From the NCBI GenBank assembly GCA_017470165.1, contig JAFUEX010000020.1, forward strand, positions 19,415-83,414: a DNA stretch of 64,000 nucleotides, written 5' to 3'. Source of the DNA: Alphaproteobacteria bacterium (GTDB taxonomy: Bacteria; Pseudomonadota; Alphaproteobacteria; RF32; CAG-239). The translations under genes were made by a program, and so were the position numbers. Below are positions 28,195 to 39,622 of this stretch, piece after piece. The stretch's first letter is position 1. The number at the start of each line of letters is the position of its first letter. A model generated the notes under the pieces. That model saw only the letters and a list, made by a program, of their open reading frames with translations. It was not told the DNA's origin and made no database searches.

Positions 28195-30474
28195 CTATCC
28201 TGCGCAGCTTACACATTCCGACTTTTCCAAACTCGAGCCGTCCTTTTGGATGGTTCGGGTATAATACAAGGTTTTTATATCCTTTTTCCAAGCCGTCATA
28301 ATCGTCTCATAAATATCCGCCGCCCTGATGTTGCGGTTGAGGTTGTACATCAGCTCAATCGAAATTCCGGTATCAATCCATTTGTTAATACGTGACATAA
28401 TCTCCACCACCGTCTTTTGACTGATACTGCGGTTCTCCTGATAAAACCAAAATTTATCGCGAATAAACGGCGGACAATTAGGAATTGAGCCTTTACCATG
28501 GGTCTCCACAAAAAACTTGCTGTACACCGGCAACACACTGGCCGAACATCCTTGTATCAACGACGAACTGGTATTAGGGGCAATAGCGGCAATTTGGCTG
28601 TTGCGGATACCATATTGCTTAAGTTCGGCAAAAATTTGCCGCCACTTATCAAAATGCTTAGAATTTTGTTCAAACCACAATTCGCCATGTCCCAAAATAA
28701 CCCCTTTGCTCCAATCCGAACCCTCATAAGCTCCGAAAACTCCCCTTTCTTTGGCCAGTTTAATCGATGCACTGATATTATAAATCGCCATTTTCTCGAA
28801 CACTTCATCCACATAATCAGCCGACGAGGTATAGGGCACATTCTCTCTAGCCAGCAAATCAGCCAATCCCATAGCCCCAACCCCGATAGTGCGATAACGC
28901 TTGTTGTGCTCCTGCCCCTCCAAAACCGGAACCTTCGTAAAGTCAATAGCATTATCCAGCAACCGCACCGATGTCTCGCAAACTCCCTCCAGCTCGCGGT
29001 CAATGTCAATATTGGCCAGATTAATCGACACCAAATTGCACACGTGCACCAATCCGCCTGAAGCACTGCGCACAACTTTTCCGTCAACCAACTCATCATC
29101 GGCTATCACACTCGGCCGCACATTACTATGCGATTCGGTGCACAGGTTGGTGCCGACTATCACCCCGTCGTGTTTGTTGGGATTATAACGGTTCAGCGTA
29201 TCCTTAAAAGCAATATAAGGCATTCCGGTTTCAACCTGACTGCGCATAATCTTCTTCAGCAACTCTTTGGCCGGATAAAATTTATACAGCTCCAATCTGC
29301 CGAACGATGCGTCAAAATACAACTGATTATATGCATCTTCAAACTCTTTGCCCCACAGGTTTGCCAGTTCAATATTATACTTGGTGCGCACCTCGTGCGG
29401 GTCCACCATCAGCCAATCCTCGCCGGCCTCAACCTTTTTCATAAACAAATCCGGCACCACCACCTGCGGAAACAAATCATAAGCCTTCATCCGTTGATCG
29501 CCGTTTTCGGTGCGCAATTCCAAAAAATCCTCAATATCCAAGTGCCACATATCCAAAGACACCGTAACCGCCCCTTTGCGTTTACCCTGTTGATTAACCG
29601 CAACCGCCGTATCATTAAGAATCCGAATCCACGGTATAACCCCGCCGGACGAGTTTTTAATTCCCTTAATCCGCGAACCTTTGGCCCGCACCCGCGAAAT
29701 ATTAACTCCGACTCCGCCGCCGAACTTCGAAATCGACGACACCTGATCAATCACATAAAAAATCGACTCTCTGGTGTCATCCATCGCCGTAATAAAACAC
29801 GAGCTCAGATTACCGTTTGGTCGCCGCAGGTTCATCAATAACGGCGTACCCAACGAAATCTTTCGATTCGCCAATTTTTCGTAAGTATCCTTAACCTTGT
29901 CCAATCGCGTTTTTTTGTCCTCACTCTGCTCAATCAACAAGGCTATCGACAAAAACATCTCTTGCGGCAACTCGACAATCTTATCACCAAACTCGCACAA
30001 ATAGCGCTTTTGCAAGAGGTTAGCCCCTGCATAATCATAAACAAAATCAAACTCCGGATTGATAAAACCGGCGGCTTGTTCGATTTCAGCTTTAGTGTAC
30101 TTTTGCGAAATTACCTCACTGTAAATGCCGTTCTTCTCAGCAAATTCCAAAAACTTAACATAATCATAAGGGCTCTTTCCCTTGTTTCCTCCGCGCTCAA
30201 GGGTAACCGTTTTGTGCAATGCCAGCATTTTCATTCTGCCTGCCGCATTTTTCCACTCCGGCTCTTCAATCGAAGTCAGGCTCAAAACATTCATCATCAA
30301 CGCCGTAAAAAAGTCGGTGGTAGTCATTCCGTCTTTTAAGTACTCATCCAAATTGTCCAACGGTTTGGCTGCATTCAACGGATAACCCTTGCATACTTCA
30401 TTCAAAAGCCGTTTAACCTTAAACACCGAAAATTCTTGCCTTGCGCCGTTGCGCTTAATTAAACTAACCGCCAT
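28195..30474 (-). CDS. nrdA: Class I ribonucleotide reductase alpha subunit
   Basis: N-terminal ATP-cone-like region (IKRNG), LSSCF, NLCTE, IAPNTSSS, KTLYYTR and C-terminal CVSC motifs. Confidence 0.96.
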   Translation of the reverse strand: MAVSLIKRNGARQEFSVFKVKRLLNEVCKGYPLNAAKPLDNLDEYLKDGMTTTDFFTALMMNVLSLTSIEEPEWKNAAGRMKMLALHKTVTLERGGNKGKSPYDYVKFLEFAEKNGIYSEVISQKYTKAEIEQAAGFINPEFDFVYDYAGANLLQKRYLCEFGDKIVELPQEMFLSIALLIEQSEDKKTRLDKVKDTYEKLANRKISLGTPLLMNLRRPNGNLSSCFITAMDDTRESIFYVIDQVSSISKFGGGVGVNISRVRAKGSRIKGIKNSSGGVIPWIRILNDTAVAVNQQGKRKGAVTVSLDMWHLDIEDFLELRTENGDQRMKAYDLFPQVVVPDLFMKKVEAGEDWLMVDPHEVRTKYNIELANLWGKEFEDAYNQLYFDASFGRLELYKFYPAKELLKKIMRSQVETGMPYIAFKDTLNRYNPNKHDGVIVGTNLCTESHSNVRPSVIADDELVDGKVVRSASGGLVHVCNLVSINLANIDIDRELEGVCETSVRLLDNAIDFTKVPVLEGQEHNKRYRTIGVGAMGLADLLARENVPYTSSADYVDEVFEKMAIYNISASIKLAKERGVFGAYEGSDWSKGVILGHGELWFEQNSKHFDKWRQIFAELKQYGIRNSQIAAIAPNTSSSLIQGCSASVLPVYSKFFVETHGKGSIPNCPPFIRDKFWFYQENRSISQKTVVEIMSRINKWIDTGISIELMYNLNRNIRAADIYETIMTAWKKDIKTLYYTRTIQKDGSSLEKSECVSCAG

Positions 30475-30600
30475 ATTTCCTCTCTTTGTCCACTGATATC
30501 AAATTGACATTATCATAAATTTTGCAGCGATTATGTAAAGAGGCGCCGCAAGTTATCAGCAAATTTCTTTTAAATCCGCTTTTATCTTACCATCTAAACA

Positions 30601-31800
30601 CTAACTGCGGCTGAGCATCCGCTGAATGTAGCGTCCCTGATACAAATTAATTCCCAGCGAATTGCCGACTTCCACTGCATTTTCATCATCAATTCGGCAC
30701 AAAATTATCTTCGCTCGCTCCGCCTTGTTCATATAATCGGTAAAATGTTTATCCTCACTCATAATCCGTCCGAAATCAGGATGCCATACAATTTTCATCA
30801 AATCGCAATCCAGCTTGGCGCGGTTCAAATACTCAAGCTTATCCACCGTAATCCCGTCAATACATATCTTATACCCCCGCGAGCGCGCAAAAGTCTTGGC
30901 CAAATCATAACTGCGCATATCGCTGAAAATATCCACCAATTGTATCTCCAAAACTATCGTGCGGCGCATAGAGGCATCAATGGTCTCGTCAAACCGCAAA
31001 AACTCATCCGACAAAATGGTCGATACATTAATATTAACACTGAATCCGCTGCGCAAAGCTCCGTCATCATGCCGTGAAATAATCTCCAACACCCGCCGGT
31101 CCAATGTCTCGGTCAAAGCCAAAAACAACCACGCATCCGACATAATATCCACATTGGGCAACAGCGAATCCCGCATATCCGGTATGGAAACATACACCTC
31201 TTCAAACACTCTTTGCGGCTGCGATTTGCCGATAACCGCGCACACCGACTGGCGCCTGATAAAACTCGAAAAATCCGACACCGCAATAATCTTTTGCACC
31301 TTATCCAACAACTCGGTAGTCATTGGTTGTTTGCTGCGTGCCGGTTTGGTATCAAAAAAATTACCCCCGTTCGGCCGCAAAATTGCCGCAGCCGTTTCTG
31401 CTTCGGGCTGCAACTTTGCCAATCTGCCGGTCAAACGTCCGTAGTCTTTTATCAAATCAATTATCTCTGCCGCACCGCTTTCCTGCAAATCTGCCTTGGC
31501 CGCAACTTTTTCATCATCTTGCAACAAAAAACGCAACTTTACCAAATTAGATGCCGCCTCATCCTGCGCCGTTTTGGCATATATCACCAGCATATCGCCG
31601 TTAGGCAAATCAAACAACTTGGCAGCCCCCGCCTTAATCTGCTCGGCAAACACCTCCCGTAGTGCTGTCAGGTTTTGCTCGGTACGCACTTTTTTATCCA
31701 ACCGGCTCAAATTCAAATACAATCCGCTGTTTTGCACCAAGTCCTTGCCCAAGCCCTGCAAAAATGTCAACACCATCCTCACCTGCGCATTATCTGCCAT
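30601..31800 (-). CDS. Degenerate EAL-domain protein (paralogue 2)
   Basis: FSVNINVSTILSDEF, IVLEI, KIVWHP and NLYQGRY recall the EAL barrel; no EAL or DDFG motif. ATG 31800 overlaps the upstream TGA. Confidence 0.7.
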   Translation of the reverse strand: MADNAQVRMVLTFLQGLGKDLVQNSGLYLNLSRLDKKVRTEQNLTALREVFAEQIKAGAAKLFDLPNGDMLVIYAKTAQDEAASNLVKLRFLLQDDEKVAAKADLQESGAAEIIDLIKDYGRLTGRLAKLQPEAETAAAILRPNGGNFFDTKPARSKQPMTTELLDKVQKIIAVSDFSSFIRRQSVCAVIGKSQPQRVFEEVYVSIPDMRDSLLPNVDIMSDAWLFLALTETLDRRVLEIISRHDDGALRSGFSVNINVSTILSDEFLRFDETIDASMRRTIVLEIQLVDIFSDMRSYDLAKTFARSRGYKICIDGITVDKLEYLNRAKLDCDLMKIVWHPDFGRIMSEDKHFTDYMNKAERAKIILCRIDDENAVEVGNSLGINLYQGRYIQRMLSRS

Positions 31801-33074
31801 CAGTTCAGCTCCATATTTTCCAACAATTCCAAATTTGAACACAAGCTGCGCTCAGCTCCGGCAATCAATTTTTTGCGCCGCATACAGTCTTGCAGACTGC
31901 AGACCTTTCCCTGCGGACACTTGCGTCTGATAAGCGCCGCCTCCAGCCGGTCGACATAAGGCCCCTGAAACATCGTAATCAAGTTTTTCAACCCCCAGCG
32001 CAAAGCATCTTCACTCAAGGCCTTGGCCAAAATAAACTTTTCTGCCCCCACAGCAGTCACAATCTCGCCAAAACTCTCATCCGTATAGTCTCCCATCAGC
32101 GGATGCCAAAACACCTTGATATAATCCGGTGCAAATTTCGGCACATTAAGCGCTTGCAGCATCTCCACACTGGCCGCATCCAGCAAAATCTCGCCCCCTT
32201 GCCGATGCAACAGCTCTTTGGCATCAACCCACGCTTGATAATTATTGATGATATCCATCATTTGCACCTCAGCAATAATACTCTGACCGCTATCCTTCAT
32301 CAGCTTGGCAAAATCCTCAAACTCCGGCGAAAAAATTGTCGACAAATTCAGGTTAACACTGATTTTTTGCGCTTTGTTTCTCACATCCGAAAACATAAAC
32401 GACGACATTGTCTTTTTATCCAATGTCTGTGTCAGATACAAAAACAACCACTTGTTAGCCGTCAAATCCAGCTGCTTATCAAATCGCTTGCTCAAATCTT
32501 TAACCGCCACAAAAAACTCGTCAAACACCACCTTAAACTTGCCGTTTTTTTCCACCTTCAACACGTTTTGATGTTTTACTAAGTCAATAATGCTGATGTT
32601 GTCCAAATGGTTTTTTATCGCCTCAATCTGTCCGGCATCAATCGTATTGCCCTCAACCGGCAGTTTATCCTCGCCATCCTCCGTCATCAATCGACCAACC
32701 TGCCCCACCAGCCGGTCAAATTCTTCCGACTGATAAACCTTGGCAAATTCAACCTCACCGCCCTTCGACCAAATCGGGTCGGTCACCAAACCTTTGCGCA
32801 ACTTGGCTATTGCATCCTCCACCATTTTGTCGGTGATATTTTTCCCCAAAATCACGATATCGCCGTTTTCAAACACAAACATCGTGCCATCCGCCTGCGC
32901 CACCAAATTATCAAACATCCTTGCCACCACCCGCACAAACCGCGGATGGCGATTTTTGGGCTTCAGCCGCGAAATATTAACATACAGCACCTTATATTCC
33001 GCTCTTGAACGCAGAATACGCGCCATTGTCTCCACAAAAAATTTCTCGCTTTCAAATTTTACGCTGCCGGACAT
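31800..33074 (-). CDS. Degenerate EAL-domain protein (paralogue 1) with Cys-rich tail
   Basis: ISVNLNLSTIFSPEF, KVFWHP and MFQGPY align with paralogue 2; tail CPQGKVCSLQDC...C. Start ATG 33074 (ORF track 33092). Confidence 0.7.
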   Translation of the reverse strand: MSGSVKFESEKFFVETMARILRSRAEYKVLYVNISRLKPKNRHPRFVRVVARMFDNLVAQADGTMFVFENGDIVILGKNITDKMVEDAIAKLRKGLVTDPIWSKGGEVEFAKVYQSEEFDRLVGQVGRLMTEDGEDKLPVEGNTIDAGQIEAIKNHLDNISIIDLVKHQNVLKVEKNGKFKVVFDEFFVAVKDLSKRFDKQLDLTANKWLFLYLTQTLDKKTMSSFMFSDVRNKAQKISVNLNLSTIFSPEFEDFAKLMKDSGQSIIAEVQMMDIINNYQAWVDAKELLHRQGGEILLDAASVEMLQALNVPKFAPDYIKVFWHPLMGDYTDESFGEIVTAVGAEKFILAKALSEDALRWGLKNLITMFQGPYVDRLEAALIRRKCPQGKVCSLQDCMRRKKLIAGAERSLCSNLELLENMELN

Positions 33075-33152
33075 TACCTCTTCCCAAACCAACTGCTTTT
33101 TGTTAATTCAACCATCAAACCGCGGCTTATGCAAGCAAATAACTTAAGTTTT

Positions 33153-34298
33153 TCACCCCTGATCTTTGCCGATATTAATCATTCGATTACTGTTGGCGGC
33201 TAAAATAATTCCAAATCCCATCATCACCGAGACAATGACCGTGCCGCCATATGATATCAGCGGCAGCGGTACTCCCACCACCGGCAACATTCCTAACACC
33301 ATCGAAATATTGATTACCACATACAAAAAATAACTGCTGGCCAATCCCACCGTCATCAATTTGGCAAAATAACTGGCGCTGCGCAAGGCAAAAAAGTAAC
33401 TGTAAGCAATAATCATAAAATTAATCGCTATCACCACTATACCGCCAATCATTCCAAACTCTTCCGACAACATCGTAAAAATAAAGTCCGTATGCTTTTC
33501 GGGCAAAAAGTTCAAGTGGCTCTGAGTGCCGCCCAAAAAACCTTTACCGAAAACCCCGCCCGACCCCAGCGCGATTTTTGATTGAATAATATGATAGCCC
33601 GCCCCCAAAGGATCACGCTCCGGATCCAAAAAAGTCAGCACCCGATTTTTCTGATAATTATGCAAAAAATGCCACGCCACCGGCATTGCCGCTGCGCCGG
33701 CGCACAACAACGCCGCAAACTTCCACAACTGCACTCCGACGGCAAAAAACATCGCCCCAGCCGTCAACAACAACATAATGGCCGTACCCAAATCCGGTTG
33801 TATCATCACCAGTACCACCGGCACCATCACCATTGCCGCCGGCGCCACAATTCCTTTGATGCTCTCAATGCTTTGCAGTGTAGCCGAGTTAAAATAACGC
33901 GCCAACGCCAACACCAAAGCTATCTTCATCAATTCGGAAGGCTGCAATTTCATAAACCCCAAATTTATCCACCTTTGCGCTCCCATACCGATATGTCCGC
34001 CGATTTCCACTGCCACCAGCAATAACAAAACCACCAAATAAAACCAATAGGCATAGCGCAAAAACCACCGCAAATCCACAAATGCCAAAGCAAACATCAC
34101 CGCAAACCCCAAGCAAAATCTCATCAGTTGCTTAGATGCCCAAGGATTCCAACTGCCATTGGCTGCCGAATACAAAACAATAACCCCGATTGCCCCCAAC
34201 AACATAATCATCAACACATACGAAAAACTTATATTCCAAAATTTTTCGCCGAAACTTAAGCGTTGTCCTCTGAAACTTGTTTCATAAGCCTTATACAT
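33153..34298 (-). CDS. rodA: Rod shape-determining SEDS protein RodA
   Basis: GAQRWI, QPSELMK, QPDLGTA, FLPEKHTDFIF and PLISYGG motifs; follows mrdA. Confidence 0.97.
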   Translation of the reverse strand: MYKAYETSFRGQRLSFGEKFWNISFSYVLMIMLLGAIGVIVLYSAANGSWNPWASKQLMRFCLGFAVMFALAFVDLRWFLRYAYWFYLVVLLLLVAVEIGGHIGMGAQRWINLGFMKLQPSELMKIALVLALARYFNSATLQSIESIKGIVAPAAMVMVPVVLVMIQPDLGTAIMLLLTAGAMFFAVGVQLWKFAALLCAGAAAMPVAWHFLHNYQKNRVLTFLDPERDPLGAGYHIIQSKIALGSGGVFGKGFLGGTQSHLNFLPEKHTDFIFTMLSEEFGMIGGIVVIAINFMIIAYSYFFALRSASYFAKLMTVGLASSYFLYVVINISMVLGMLPVVGVPLPLISYGGTVIVSVMMGFGIILAANSNRMINIGKDQG

Positions 34299-34301
34299 TT
34301 G

Positions 34302-36122
34302 TCAATCCACCGGTTTGTCTGTTGCATCCAATTTCAATGCTTCTTGCAGCATTTTGCTGGCAATCGGCGCCGCCACCTTTGAGCCCGAACGCCCGTGCTC
34401 TACCACTACCGCCACACCGTATTTGGGCTTATCATAGGGTGCAAAAGCCACAAACAAAGCATGATCACGATATTTCCACGGCAAATCCTCTTGCTTGATA
34501 ACTCCGGTCTGCCGTTCACGCATACTGATGCGCTTAACCTGAGCCGAACCGGTCTTACCGGCCATCTGCTGCCCGTTAAAATTAAATGCCGCCCCTAATG
34601 CCGTACCTCCGGCCACATTCACCACCTCATACATACCGCGCTTTACCAACTCCAAATTCTGTTCGTCAACATTGATACGTTTCAGCTCTTTTTGCGGCTC
34701 GTTCGCCTTGCGAAAAGTAGGATCCACCTCGTAGCCTCCGTTGGCAATTCGCGACACCATCACCGCCAATTGCACCGGCGTGGTCAAAATATACCCCTGT
34801 CCGATTCCCGAAATAATTGTTTCTCCCAGCTGCCAAGCCTCCCCAAACCGTTTCTTTTTCCATTCGGCATCCGGTATCAACCCGTCTTTTTCATTTTCAA
34901 TTCCGATATTGGTTTTTCGCCCCAACCCGAACGCCCGAGCCATCGCGGCAATTTTGGCGATTCCCACCTTTTGCGCCGTCTCATAAAAGAAAATATCACA
35001 CGAATGCTGCAACGCCTGCACCACACTCAGCGCCCCATGGCCTTCGCGTTTCCAGCAGTGAAAAGTATGGTTCCCCAACATCATCTTACCGCTGCAATAA
35101 GAATGTCTGGTGCGGTTAATTGCACCGGCCTCCAATGCGGCCAGCCCCACCACCATCTTAAAGGTCGACCCCGGAGAATAAAGTCCGGCCACGGCCTTAT
35201 TCAGCAATGGCTTTTTCTCATTGCTGTTCAGCTCTTTCCAGTTTTCCGAAGATAACCCGTTAGCAAACAGATTCGGATCAAACGATGGCGCCGAAGCAAA
35301 TGCCAGCACCTCACCGGTGTTTACCTTCATCATCACCACGGCACCGCTTTCTTCACCCAGCAATTCATAAGCCTTTTGCTGCAACCGCACATCCAAACTC
35401 AAATCCACTCTTTGGCCGGCCTCGCCCTCAATCAGCTCAATTTCTTTCATCACCCGTCCGACCGCATTAACCTCCAGCTTGATATTGCCGGCTTTACCGC
35501 GCAGTTCTTTTTCATAGAGTTTTTCCACTCCCGATTTGCCAATCTTAAACCCCGGAACTTCCAGCAACGGATCATCTTTTACATCCCTGTCCGACACCGC
35601 CGCCACATAACCGATAACATGAGCAAACATATCACCGTAAGGATAATAGCGCGACAGCCCCTCATCAATAATCACCCCCGACAAATCCGGCAGATTGAGT
35701 AAAATGGCGGTTGCCTGCTCCCAAGTAAGATTATCTTTCAGTTTAATCGGCACAAAACTGCGATTACGTTTCAAATCGCGGCGAATGCGCTTCTCCTCAT
35801 CCTCGCTCAGCGGCATAATTTTCTTAAACGCCGTCAGAGTTTCATCAATGCTGGCCGTCTGTTCCGCCACAATCATCGCTTGAAAATTCTGCCGATTGCC
35901 AGCCAATATATTACCATGCCGGTCATAAATAATTCCTCTTGCCGGCACCAAAAGCCGGGTCGAAATACGGTTCTCATCAGCCAAAGTTTTGTATTTGTCT
36001 GCCTGATAAACCTGCAGATAATACAATCTGAAAATAATCATCACCAGCAAAAAAAGCTGCATTCCGCTCAAAAATATTGTGCGGCTGATAAGCACTTTTC
36101 CTTTGTCATTATCTCGGTTCAT
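34302..36122 (-). CDS. mrdA: Penicillin-binding protein 2
   Basis: ARGIIYDR, PGSTFK (SxxK), SCD and KTG motifs. Confidence 0.97.
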   Translation of the reverse strand: MNRDNDKGKVLISRTIFLSGMQLFLLVMIIFRLYYLQVYQADKYKTLADENRISTRLLVPARGIIYDRHGNILAGNRQNFQAMIVAEQTASIDETLTAFKKIMPLSEDEEKRIRRDLKRNRSFVPIKLKDNLTWEQATAILLNLPDLSGVIIDEGLSRYYPYGDMFAHVIGYVAAVSDRDVKDDPLLEVPGFKIGKSGVEKLYEKELRGKAGNIKLEVNAVGRVMKEIELIEGEAGQRVDLSLDVRLQQKAYELLGEESGAVVMMKVNTGEVLAFASAPSFDPNLFANGLSSENWKELNSNEKKPLLNKAVAGLYSPGSTFKMVVGLAALEAGAINRTRHSYCSGKMMLGNHTFHCWKREGHGALSVVQALQHSCDIFFYETAQKVGIAKIAAMARAFGLGRKTNIGIENEKDGLIPDAEWKKKRFGEAWQLGETIISGIGQGYILTTPVQLAVMVSRIANGGYEVDPTFRKANEPQKELKRINVDEQNLELVKRGMYEVVNVAGGTALGAAFNFNGQQMAGKTGSAQVKRISMRERQTGVIKQEDLPWKYRDHALFVAFAPYDKPKYGVAVVVEHGRSGSKVAAPIASKMLQEALKLDATDKPVD

Positions 36123-36646
36123 AGCTCGTCATCATCCTGCAAAAACCAATTTTGAAGTGCGGCCAACAGCATCGCCGTCACCGGATATATCGCTGCACCT
36201 ATCAGATAAGAAAACATCGCCGGCAAAATCGGCAAAAATTCGCCATGATAAATTGAAGCCGCCAGCCATTTTACTATCATCACTCCCAGTGACAAAGCCA
36301 TAAATCCATACCAAATAACCACAAACGACCGTCCGTTCAAATACTTGCGCAAATGCATCATCAAAACATACATCAACAGATACGAAAACAATCCCAACCC
36401 AAAAGCCGAGGCACTCACCGCTCCGTCAATAATTCCCAATATTGTCACTGATTTAAGATCAAACAAATCCGGCCGCTGCAGCATCCAAAAATAAATCGCA
36501 ATCATTCCCAAATCCGGCCGTATATTATTAAACAAATCAATATACACCGGACCATACGCCAACAAGACCAAAATCACCGCCGTTCCCACCGGCAGCAGTC
36601 GCTGAAACAAAGACACCGCGTTATCTTGCCAGTCTTCCTCTATCAT
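36119..36646 (-). CDS. mreD: Rod shape-determining protein MreD
   Basis: Multi-TM protein with IYFW..RPD; between mreC and mrdA. Confidence 0.88.
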   Translation of the reverse strand: MIEEDWQDNAVSLFQRLLPVGTAVILVLLAYGPVYIDLFNNIRPDLGMIAIYFWMLQRPDLFDLKSVTILGIIDGAVSASAFGLGLFSYLLMYVLMMHLRKYLNGRSFVVIWYGFMALSLGVMIVKWLAASIYHGEFLPILPAMFSYLIGAAIYPVTAMLLAALQNWFLQDDDEL

Positions 36647-37494
36647 TGCTCCGCCTCATCCAGCAGTCCGCCGATATCATAATTGACGATTTTTACATAT
36701 TCCAATTTTTCCAATGAGGCAAAAGGCTTAACTTTTATCTCTTTTTTGCCCACCGCCGTCACATATCCGACCGGCAATCCTGCCGGAAAAACTCCCGACA
36801 CCCCCGAGGTCACTATACGGTCGCCGACATTAATCTCGGCAAAAAGTGGAGTAAACACCAACTTCGGCAACGGCGTATTATCACCTCTTAACACCCCTCG
36901 TACCCGACTTTTTTCCACCACCACCGGAATCCTCGAGCTGATATCCGTCAGCAAAATCACCTTCGCATAATTGCCTATTTTTTTATCAACACGCCCCACC
37001 ACTCCGTTATTAGCCAGCACCACCGCGCCTTTTTTTACCTTTTTATCCCCGACATAAGCCGCCATTGCATGGGCAAAAGCTCCGTTTTCTTCAGTCATCA
37101 ACTTAGCCGAAACAAACTTGGCCTCCGGCAGCGGCACATAATTCAGCAAATCTGCCAGCAGCTTGTTTTCTATCTCTAAAGACTTATATTTGTCCTCTAA
37201 TTTGTGCAGCTCATCGTTTTCTTGCCGCAATTTTTCATTATCTTGCTTAATATCCACCCATTCGGTCAAATATGCATAAGAACGCGAAATCATCTTAGCC
37301 GGCCACACCAAAACACTCACCACCGGAGCCGCCGCATTATTAGCCACTCCGCTGGAATACTCCAACACCGATGATTGATTTTTATCCAGCACCATCAAAA
37401 CTATCGACGCCAAAAACAGCGACACCAGCGCAAATTTTCTAACCAGCACTCTTAAATGATTCAAATGCAAAAACAAACTGCGGCGACGTTTCAT
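36643..37494 (-). CDS. mreC: Rod shape-determining protein MreC
   Basis: TM, coiled coil, GVVGRV and GDRIVTSGVSGVFPAGLPVG motifs. Confidence 0.96.
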   Translation of the reverse strand: MKRRRSLFLHLNHLRVLVRKFALVSLFLASIVLMVLDKNQSSVLEYSSGVANNAAAPVVSVLVWPAKMISRSYAYLTEWVDIKQDNEKLRQENDELHKLEDKYKSLEIENKLLADLLNYVPLPEAKFVSAKLMTEENGAFAHAMAAYVGDKKVKKGAVVLANNGVVGRVDKKIGNYAKVILLTDISSRIPVVVEKSRVRGVLRGDNTPLPKLVFTPLFAEINVGDRIVTSGVSGVFPAGLPVGYVTAVGKKEIKVKPFASLEKLEYVKIVNYDIGGLLDEAEQ

Positions 37495-37588
37495 TTTTTT
37501 CTTTTCATTCTCTCGCTAATCACACAAAAAACCTGCTGCATCCAATATGCAAAGGCAGGCTTTTTGCAAAAAAACACCGAACAATCAA

Positions 37589-38632
<1,044 letters not shown>

Positions 38633-38740
38633 TCAATCTCCGCAACAAAAAATTTAATAACTAAAACAGTTTTATAACCATCCTTCTACCATAGCAACAA
38701 CAAATTTAGTTTTTTAACACAAAAAAAATCTCTTGCCGCA

Positions 38741-39622
38741 TTACCGTCGATTACGAAACCACGTCAACTGTCTTTTGGCATATTGGCGGGTGTGCAGCTT
38801 GGCCTGCTCAACCGCCTCCTCCAAACTTGTATCACCGCGCAAATAGGCCGCCAATTCCGGCACTCCGATAGCTTTCATCACTGGCAGATTAGCATCCGGT
38901 TTCAGTTTCAACAGCTCCCTCACCTCGGACAAAGCCCCCTGCTCCATCATCAAATCAAACCGCCGTGCACATCTTGCCTCCAATTCTTTGAGCTCCGGCA
39001 ACAGCGATATGGTTCTGAATTCCACTTCCGGCAGCCGCTTAATCAAAGGCAGCTTAAACCACTCCGCAATTGATTTTCCGGTATCCAATTTAATCTCCAA
39101 AGCTCGCCGAACTCGGGTGGTATCATTTTGCCGCACCATTCCGGCACCGGCCTCGTCAATTTCTTGAAGATAGGCATACGCCGCCTGCAAACCGCCGCGG
39201 CAAAAAATTTCCTCCGTTTTCTGCTTACTTTCTTCTTTTGTCGGCGGTATCGGCGATATACCTTTCACCAAACTCTCAATATAAAAACCGGTGCCGCCGG
39301 TAATAATCGGCACATGTCCGTCACGCAGCGCCAAACGCACCGCTTCGACTGCCAAATCCAACCACTCCGCCACATTACCATTTTTATGTGGCGGAAAAAT
39401 CTCGTACAACTCATGTTTAGCGCGTTGCTTGTCTTGAGCGCTCGGCGCTGCCGTAATAATCGGTATACCTTGATACACCTGCATAGCGTCGGCATTAATC
39501 ACCACACCTCCCAAACGCTCGGCCAATTCAAGCGCCAACCCCGATTTTCCCGAAGCGGTAGGCCCTTGCACCACCAGTGCGGAATTACTCCGCAAATTCT
39601 CTATTTCGGCAATTTCCGGCAT
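38741..39622 (-). CDS. miaA: tRNA dimethylallyltransferase
   Basis: GPTASGKS, NADAMQVY, GGTGFY, RVRRALE and TRQYAKRQLTWFR motifs; start uncertain. Confidence 0.96.
   Translation of the reverse strand: MPEIAEIENLRSNSALVVQGPTASGKSGLALELAERLGGVVINADAMQVYQGIPIITAAPSAQDKQRAKHELYEIFPPHKNGNVAEWLDLAVEAVRLALRDGHVPIITGGTGFYIESLVKGISPIPPTKEESKQKTEEIFCRGGLQAAYAYLQEIDEAGAGMVRQNDTTRVRRALEIKLDTGKSIAEWFKLPLIKRLPEVEFRTISLLPELKELEARCARRFDLMMEQGALSEVRELLKLKPDANLPVMKAIGVPELAAYLRGDTSLEEAVEQAKLHTRQYAKRQLTWFRNRR

Noticed and set aside
30475-30600. NrdR box upstream of nrdA
   Set aside because: No convincing match to the NrdR palindrome seen.
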